The position numbers were made by a program, and so were the translations under genes. A stretch of 64,000 bases of DNA from Octopus vulgaris. Taxonomy: Eukaryota. This document shows, piece after piece, positions 55,533 to 64,000 of the stretch (position 1 is the first letter of the stretch; every line of letters begins with the position of its first letter). Location: NCBI GenBank assembly GCA_951406725.2, contig OX597830.1, positions 29,326,001-29,390,000 on the forward strand, given 5' to 3'. The notes under the pieces are model-generated. The model was not told the origin of the DNA. It was given only the letters and a program-made list of their open reading frames with translations, and searched no databases.

Positions 55533-55694
55533 CACAGGAGTGGCTCTGTGGTAAGTAGCTTTCTTACCAACCACATGGTTCTGGGTTCATTCCCACTGCG
55601 TGGCACCTTGGGCAAGTGTCTTCTACTATACCTCGGGCCGACCAAAGCCTTGTGAGCTGATTTGGTAGACAGAAATTGAAAAAAGCCCATCGTA

Positions 55695-55793
<99 letters not shown>

Positions 55794-55995
55794 TTGTGTG
55801 TCTGTATTCGTTCCTCCAACATTGCTTGACAACCGATCGTGGTGTATTTACGTCCCCGTCACTTAGCGGTTAGGCAAAAGACACCGATAGGATAAGTACT
55901 AGGCTTCCAAAGAATAACTACTGGAATCGATTCGCTCGACTAAAGGCGGTGCTCCAGCATGGCCGCAGTCAAATGACTGAAACAAATAATGAGAG
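55533..55995 (+). mobile_element. SINE family A, full length
   Basis: CAGGAGTGGCTCTGTGGTAAG A box, GGTTCATTCCC B box, internal (TA)n(TG)n, 3' GGCCGCAGTCAAATGACTGAAAC. Confidence 0.92.
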
Positions 55996-56602
55996 AGTAG
56001 CACAGAAATAATTCTTAACGATATTTTCCGAACGTGACGAATTAGACGTAGGTGGTTAGTGTATACCAATAATGACTGTTTATAATAAACGAACAGTTAA
56101 TTACGGGAAATTATTTTATGAATTCAAGGTAAGACAAAAATAATCTGATTTACAACAAAGGATTTAAAATGAGTTTAGGGCCATATTTGATTTAAATAAA
56201 GAAATACGTATCAGCCAAAGTTTATAAGTATTCTTGGAATTTCATCGCTTCTGTGTACATGATATATCGCCAACCATTAAAATCAGTAGGAAAAAGAGTA
56301 TGGTTTTTGCATAAAGAAAGTAGGGGAAAACATCAACACGATAAAAATATTAAGAAAAACAACGTATGTGTAGTAACCCACTCAAAGAGATTGCATAAAT
56401 CTGAGGTGATGTAATAGCTACAGACTGGTCTTAGAACATACAATATATCGACGAAATCTTATCTGACACATTACATCAGATTGGGTCGACACGAATGCAT
56501 GGAGACGTATGTTGAGTTGAGTTATTCACTTACAGCTAAGGTGCAGGAGTTGATGTATTGCACACGAAAGAAGAAAAAAAACATAATTACATGCGCACAT
56601 GG

Positions 56603-56756
<154 letters not shown>

Positions 56757-56865
56757 GCTTTCGATGCGGAGGTTTTTATATCGATGTCCATATATATTTA
56801 TATAAATATATATATATATGTGTGTGTGTATGTATGTATATATATTCTTTCGGGGCGAATGCCTT

Positions 56866-56937
<72 letters not shown>

Positions 56938-57059
56938 CCTGTGTGTATGTGATGTATGCATTCTGAGAGAATGGGTGTGTTTTTCTCTCCGTCTCTCTCT
57001 CTCTATCACTATCTGTCTATCTATTTCATTCTTTGTCTCTCTATTTCTTTGTGTGTGTG

Positions 57060-57092
<33 letters not shown>

Positions 57093-57479
57093 TTGTTTAT
57101 GTCTATGTGTGTGTCTGTGTTTGTTTGACATGATTATGTGCATAATGTCGTGACACCAAAAAAACATCAAGAAAACGTGTTACAAAGGCCATGCATACAT
57201 GAGAAACAGTACCCACAGCTGAAAAAAAAAGGGGGGGAAAATACGACATACACAGACACTCACACGCTCACACATGCATACACACACACATTCACATACA
57301 TAGGCATGCCTTCGCACTACAGTGAAAATTTCGCACGCATGTGTACATATATCTATAACAGTAAATATGCATATGAATATATAAATATTCGTATATCTGT
57401 GTAGAAAGAATCTGTGAGTGATTGTATATATACATGTATTTATTCTATATCAATACCTTTTATCTATCTATCAACCTAC

Positions 57480-57525
<46 letters not shown>

Positions 57526-57572
57526 CTATTTACACACATGCATACATACGGATTCACATACATACACATCTC

Positions 57573-57625
<53 letters not shown>

Positions 57626-57703
57626 ATATATATATATATATATATATAAATATATATATATATTTATATATATATACACGTACATACATCTAGCTAGCTA
57701 GCT

Positions 57704-57738
<35 letters not shown>

Positions 57739-58118
57739 GAAGTGCTTGTGCACAGCTACAAGTTTTTTTTCTTTTAGGATATTGTTAGTATTCTTTATTT
57801 AGTGGTCAACTACGTATTCAAGTTCGCAAGCGTTTGAGAGCATATTACCTTTTATGTGGGTCCTTATTTCTAAACAAACACTCACGCGTGGGTAAGTACT
57901 TTGTCACCAGACTTGATCTACCAAAAATATAAAACGCAAAAAGCATTCTAGAACCGTCTGATCTATACGAGCACCGAATGATTTAGAGATGAAATGGGGG
58001 TTCATTTATCATATATACGTACACAAATGGTGACGTGGGTGCATATATGTAATCATGTATAATTGTATACTGAATACTTGCATGTGTGTATCAATAGGTA
58101 CACTGTTGTGTTACATAG

Positions 58119-58165
<47 letters not shown>

Positions 58166-58350
58166 CGTGTGTATATGTGTGTGCCTGTGTGTGTGTGTGT
58201 GTTTGTATATGTACGTATCTGTTTATAAATGTTTCACTTCATGTGTTCGTGTAAATTCGTGTGTGTATGTAAGTATATTTGTGTGTGCGTGTTATTTTGT
58301 TGTCTTACCATTTCTCTCAATATATATATATATATATACATATATATATA

Positions 58351-58385
<35 letters not shown>

Positions 58386-58422
58386 GTATATATATATTTA
58401 TATATACACACATATATATATA

Positions 58423-58468
<46 letters not shown>

Positions 58469-59032
58469 TATATAACATACATATATATATATGTATAGAT
58501 ATATGTACACATGTATACGCACACACACACATGTATATATATATGAAAAGATATGTTTTCATATATGTATGTATATGTGTGTGTATATATACATAGATAT
58601 ATGTATACATAAGAGGGAGCACGGGAGAAAAAATAGCGAGAGAGTTCCGGCAGCACAAAATGGTGCTTGTATGCGCATATCATACCATATTAATATAGAC
58701 ATACGACTAACTGCCTGCCTACTTAACTGTAGATGCAAAGTAGATTTACGATTTATGAGTTTCGCGAAGTATTTCTGAAATTTTCTTTTTGAAGGACTTT
58801 TAGTGGTTAGGTGAGACACGACTCTGACGTATCCTACAACATATTACACACAAACGTATGTATAAATACACTTATACACGCCTTTGTATGCATGTATCTG
58901 CATGTGTGTGTGTGTGTGTGTGCGTGAATGTACGTGCGTGTGTGTTTGAATGTATGTATATATTCATACTTCGGTATATCGATACTTACAAGCATACAGG
59001 GACACACACAAACTCAGTCAACATGTATATAT

Positions 59033-59138
<106 letters not shown>

Positions 59139-59216
59139 ATGTATATGTATATATTTATATGTAGAAAGGGTTACATTATTTTAGTAATGTAAATTTGTTT
59201 ACCACATTTTTATATA

Positions 59217-59571
59217 TCTCTCTCTATATAAACGGAAGTTTGTCTGTGCGTGTTTCTGTGTGTCTGTTTGCTTGTACCCTCACCCTGACCACGGTTTTCA
59301 ACCGATTCTGATGAAACGTGACACACACATAGCCCAATGTCATAATTCAAAACTAACGCAGCGAAAATTTTGAAAAGTTCCCCCAGTTCTGAAAAAAATC
59401 GATAAATTCGACATGGGGTCGAGAATCAGAAACACAAACCGCAAACTGTCTAGGGGACGCAACTCCACCTTTTTTAACTAAAAAAAAAATTTACCATAAT
59501 GTTTTTCCATTTTTTTGTTATTTTTTGGCTATAACTCTCTAAACCTGAGCAACGCCGGGCGATACTGCTAG
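59217..59571 (+). mobile_element. Non-autonomous Helitron
   Basis: A|TC start, subterminal CCTGAGCAACGCCGGG hairpin, CTAG|T end; homologous to 25103-25358. Confidence 0.9.
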
Positions 59572-59644
59572 TATAAGCATATATGTGTGGGAGATTGTGT
59601 GCCTTGGATGCATGAGTACGCCAACTTAATGAATACAAAATATT

Positions 59645-59712
<68 letters not shown>

Positions 59713-59968
59713 TGTGTGTTGTGTGTGTTTAGGTAAATATCGAACGATAGAAATGCGTGCTGAACACCGCATTGGTGGCTATATATCATCGGTTTCATGT
59801 TAAGAACACTAGGAAAATATGCTGGTCTCTGAACAATTCTTCTAGCCGATCACCTGATCACGTAGATCTATCTTCGATTCTAGTGTTTAACCGGAATATA
59901 TTTTTATCGGAAGTTTCGATAACGAAATGCCGAACGATGAAAATGAGTGCTCAACACCGCATCGGTGG

Positions 59969-60142
<174 letters not shown>

Positions 60143-60338
60143 TTGAGAATATGATTCCAAACTTACATAGAAAAATTCAATTTAGAAATACTAAATCAAA
60201 TTTCACAATATATAATACATGTATATAAATTAGAGAACGACCATGTAGCAATTCAACAATTTTTAATTTTTTTTCTATATGGTATGATGTAGGTATATCA
60301 TTGTTGAATTGCTACATGGTGGTTCTTCTCTAATATAT

Positions 60339-60374
<36 letters not shown>

Positions 60375-60377
<3 letters not shown>

Positions 60378-60530
60378 CCTAGCTATGTAGTCAGAATCCT
60401 CCGTCACAACCACATGGTTCCGGGTTCAGTCCCACTGCGTTTCACCTCCAGCCGGTGTCTTCTAAAATAGCCTCGGGCCTACCAAAGCCTTCTGAGTGGA
60501 TTTCTTTGATAGAAGCCCGGTGTAAATGTA
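60375..60530 (+). mobile_element. SINE family A 5' part, degraded
   Basis: ccacatggttccgggttcagtcccactgcg. Confidence 0.75.
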
Positions 60531-60904
60531 TGTGTGTATGTGTGTGCGCGTGTCTTAGTGGTTAGGGTGCTGCGTTGCGATCTAGCGATCGTGAGTTTAT
60601 TTCCTAGAAAAGGGAGTGCGATGTGTTCTTGTGCATGACCTATCATCTTACGTTACTCTGCGATTACTTAGAGTTCTGATCTTGCGCGTGGTACACAGTG
60701 CACCTGCTTGAGTAACGTCGATTTCCTGGAGAGAGAGCGAGCCAATGTGTGGCACCAACATGTGACCACTATACAGATATCATTTGTATCAGTTGTTTGG
60801 CAAATGCTGAACGCACATATTTCTCCTTCGACGCTCAAAACCGTCAACACACACATAAACACACACACATACCATACATATATGTAGGTAGATATCATTT
60901 CCAA

Positions 60905-61018
60905 ATTTATTCCTGTCGAATTTTATCCGTTATTTTTGTGGTTTACAGAACCTAGCTGTTCTCTCTAGCGTGTTGATTTCTCTGTAAATGGATTCCTTAT
61001 GTGTTTAAATAAACACTA
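60905..61018. mobile_element. Solo right arm of the 17657-18140 foldback family
   Basis: ttcctgtcgaattttatcc...gaacctagctgttct...ggattccttatgtgtttaaat..acacta matches 18036-18140. Confidence 0.85.
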
Positions 61019-61330
61019 TATCGGATGGATATATCACAGGTAGATAGATATACTGACACACGGAGACAGATGCAGAATACTTGTTTGAGTTAAGTTCCAA
61101 AGTGTGTATGTTGTAAAAGCAAAGAAGCCGTAAATACTAGTGTGAAAGCATTGTGATGAAGTTTCTTCTATCAAGATGCTTATTCAATAATTCAACATGC
61201 ACACATTTCCCCATGTTCATAACTACTTAAATTGCTACTTGACTACATATTTACAATGTACATACATCCATACAACCATATATAATTACTTATTTCTCTC
61301 TCTCACCCTTACATTCTATTTCACTCTCTT

Positions 61331-61381
<51 letters not shown>

Positions 61382-61384
61382 TTA

Positions 61385-61544
61385 CACGACGTGCTTCTTT
61401 CATTTTCCACCTACTAAATCACCTCATAAGGCTCTGGTCGGCCTGCGGGTATAGTAAAAAACACTTGCTCAAGGTGCTACGCAGTGGGACTGAACCCAGA
61501 AACCATGTGATTGACAAGCAAGCTTCCTACCACATAGCCACTCC

Positions 61545-61546
<2 letters not shown>
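61385..61546 (-). mobile_element. SINE family A 5' part
   Basis: acacttgctcaaggtgctacgcagtgggactgaaccc. Confidence 0.8.
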
Positions 61547-61585
<39 letters not shown>

Positions 61586-62646
61586 CTCACTCACACGTCA
61601 TCTTCGTCTGTAGGCTCATCACATGCATCACAGCGCACCAGGTCATGATGCCTTTTCATTTGAACTAGTTTTTCCACGCCCAGTCCTTAATTTCGTTGCT
61701 TCATCGAATTTTCACGGATGAGACGTAGATTTTGAGTGCACTGATAATCATAAGATTTATTTATCTTTTTTGTCTTTTAGACTCTCCATACCGTATTGCT
61801 CCTATATCCAAGCCCGATTCGTTCGAACTAAGATCCATCCATTTAGTCCCCAGCGTTCACCTCTTGCAATTTATCCTCATCTTAAATATTCTCAGTACGT
61901 TGTTGTGAGCCATGTGTAGAGTTAAAGCCAGTGGTTTACTGACCAGAACCAGATCCATGTATGTACCTGTTTTGATGCCGACAACTTTGAGGACACCACC
62001 TTTCTACGACAAGTTTCCCTAATTCAAAGTGATGAAAATTCAATCCTCCCTTTAAATCTTTTTATTAATTTATGTTCCAAAGACTAATTTAATAAGTGTA
62101 TTTCAATCGAAATATCGCAAAAAATTCTTAAATGTGACAGGCTTATAAGTTTTCAGGGTGATCTGTTTCTTCCTAATGAATTGTGTAACTTATCCTCAGT
62201 ATTTTGCAGCTTGTAAAATATGTCCCAGATTCTTGAACCACTTAAACTTGGCTGACTGCAGAAATTATCATCGCAAGATCTTCTGCTCTGGCTTTCTGCG
62301 TCTGCCTTGGAATTTTCGAGATTACTTGAATCTCACAGGCATTTGATTAACTTTGTTAAACACAGCTCTGCAGCTCAATCCGCAAGGTAGTGTTCAGTTT
62401 ATTAGCATGCGTATTACGGGAGATTATTTACCTGTTCAGCGCTCAAATATTTCGTATAGGCCATAGGCCAAGGGAAAATTCATGTACTACAGTTTCAGTA
62501 GAGCCATAAATGTGTGAATGAGTGTGGATATGCTTGTGTGTGCATATATCTATATATCTATAAATATATATATATGTATACATAAAAGCATATATATATT
62601 TACATACAACTATGTTTATACATAAATGCATGCATACATACATACA

Positions 62647-62706
<60 letters not shown>

Positions 62707-62789
62707 ACGTCAAAGGGTCATCAGTAATATTTGAATTTTCTAATGCCAGTGGCCAAGCGTGTCAAAATTTAGTCAATAGACTATATGCT

Positions 62790-62999
62790 CGAGCTGGCAG
62801 AACCATTAGCACGCCGGACGAAATGCATAGCCGTATTTCGTATGCCATTACGTTCTGAGTTCAAATTCCGCCGAGGTCGACTTTGCCTATCATCCTTTCG
62901 GGGTCGATAAATTAAGTACCAATTACGCACTGGGGTCGATGCAATCGACTTAATCCGTTTGTCTGTCCTTGTTTGTCCCCTCTGTGTGTAGTAAATAAA
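62790..62999 (+). mobile_element. SINE family B, young monomer with TSD
   Basis: Matches 16760-16974; TATATGCT at 62782-62789 and 63000-63007. Confidence 0.92.
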
Positions 63000-63019
63000 T
63001 ATATGCTATTCATAGAAAT

Positions 63020-63321
63020 AAAGGGTAAAGACCCCCTTCGGTCATGAATGACCATGGGATTGCACCTAGAAAGTTACCCTCCTAGACACAAGTCCGGGCA
63101 AGGTTGTTTATGGAAGACCAGCAGTCGCCCATGCATACCAGCCTCCCCTCTCCACACCACCAGTGTTATCCAAGGGAAAGACAAAGGTCGATACAGCTTG
63201 GCACCAGTGACGTCGCAACTCATTTCTATAGTTGAGTGAACTGGAGCAACGTGAAATAAAGTGCCTTGCTCAAGAACACAACACGCAGCCCGGTCCGGGA
63301 TTCGAGCTCACAACTTCACGA
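63020..63321 (-). mobile_element. SINE family C, 5'-truncated by about 35 nt
   Basis: Reverse complement of about 9754-10053. Confidence 0.92.
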
Positions 63322-63599
63322 TAGTGTACATTTAAACAGAGAAGAGGTATCCATCATAGGATTCCTTCAACGCTAGAGAGGACAGGTAAACAATTCTGCT
63401 GAAGAAGACTTCGCCTAACAAAATATTTCATTTGCTAACAAATGTCTGAAACCATTGTTCAAGGAGTTGGATAGTAAATGTTTTTATTTTTCATTCCCTT
63501 CGTTAATTTTATCCCTGATAGTGGTTGGGAATTTAACTGTCCTCTCTAGCGTGCAAAGAATCCTATGATGGACACCTCGTATGTTTTAAATGTACACAG
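63322..63599. mobile_element. Second foldback MITE variant (~70-bp inverted arms)
   Basis: TAGTGTACATTTAAAC...CGCTAGAGAGGACAG and CTGTCCTCTCTAGCG...TTTAAATGTACAC; same terminus as 17657. Confidence 0.85.
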
Positions 63600-63620
63600 T
63601 ATTTATACCTACATACATAC

Positions 63621-63659
<39 letters not shown>

Positions 63660-63661
63660 CA

Positions 63662-63770
<109 letters not shown>

Positions 63771-64000
63771 TTATATATATCGATACATACACGGATATAT
63801 ACAATATACATGAATACATACATATATACATACATACATACATACATGCATATTAAGCTTATATACGCACGCGCATCATGCTTTTGTATATTTCAGGAAG
63901 TTTTCAAACGTTAAATGCATTCACATGCAAAACCTTGAGGCGCGAGTTTCATTGTCTAAAGTCGTCACAAAAGAAACGATATTTGCCGCTAAACCACAAA

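Noticed and set aside
61760-61900. Strong-looking splice acceptor (...TTTTTTGTCTTTTAG) followed by a ~115-bp candidate exon
   Set aside because: No recognisable peptide or partner exons; region may be a LINE relic on the opposite strand.

Overview
Repeat-saturated, AT-rich eukaryotic non-coding DNA (intergenic or a very long intron). The tRNA-derived SINE families and extreme (TA)n/(TG)n/(TATC)n/(TAA)n load match what I recognise from octopus genomes; this is inferred from repeat content and not database-verified. No protein-coding gene can be supported: almost all listed ORFs are microsatellite or SINE translations. The window holds over 30 SINE copies of three or four families (working labels A-D), decayed Tc1/mariner transposons of three catalytic types (DD34D, DD37D, DD41D), R4/Dong, CR1-type and Penelope-like retroelement fragments, two non-autonomous Helitrons, a hAT MITE and a foldback MITE family. 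The main hidden signals are: (1) a type I hammerhead ribozyme motif with an intact catalytic core and a 14-bp perfect stem II at 42322-42408 (-), with several decayed relatives next to microsatellites; (2) a SINE inserted as head plus three tandem 184-bp bodies whose ends are complementary, inside one target-site duplication (TSD); (3) a foldback element that follows the same flanking sequence at two loci.
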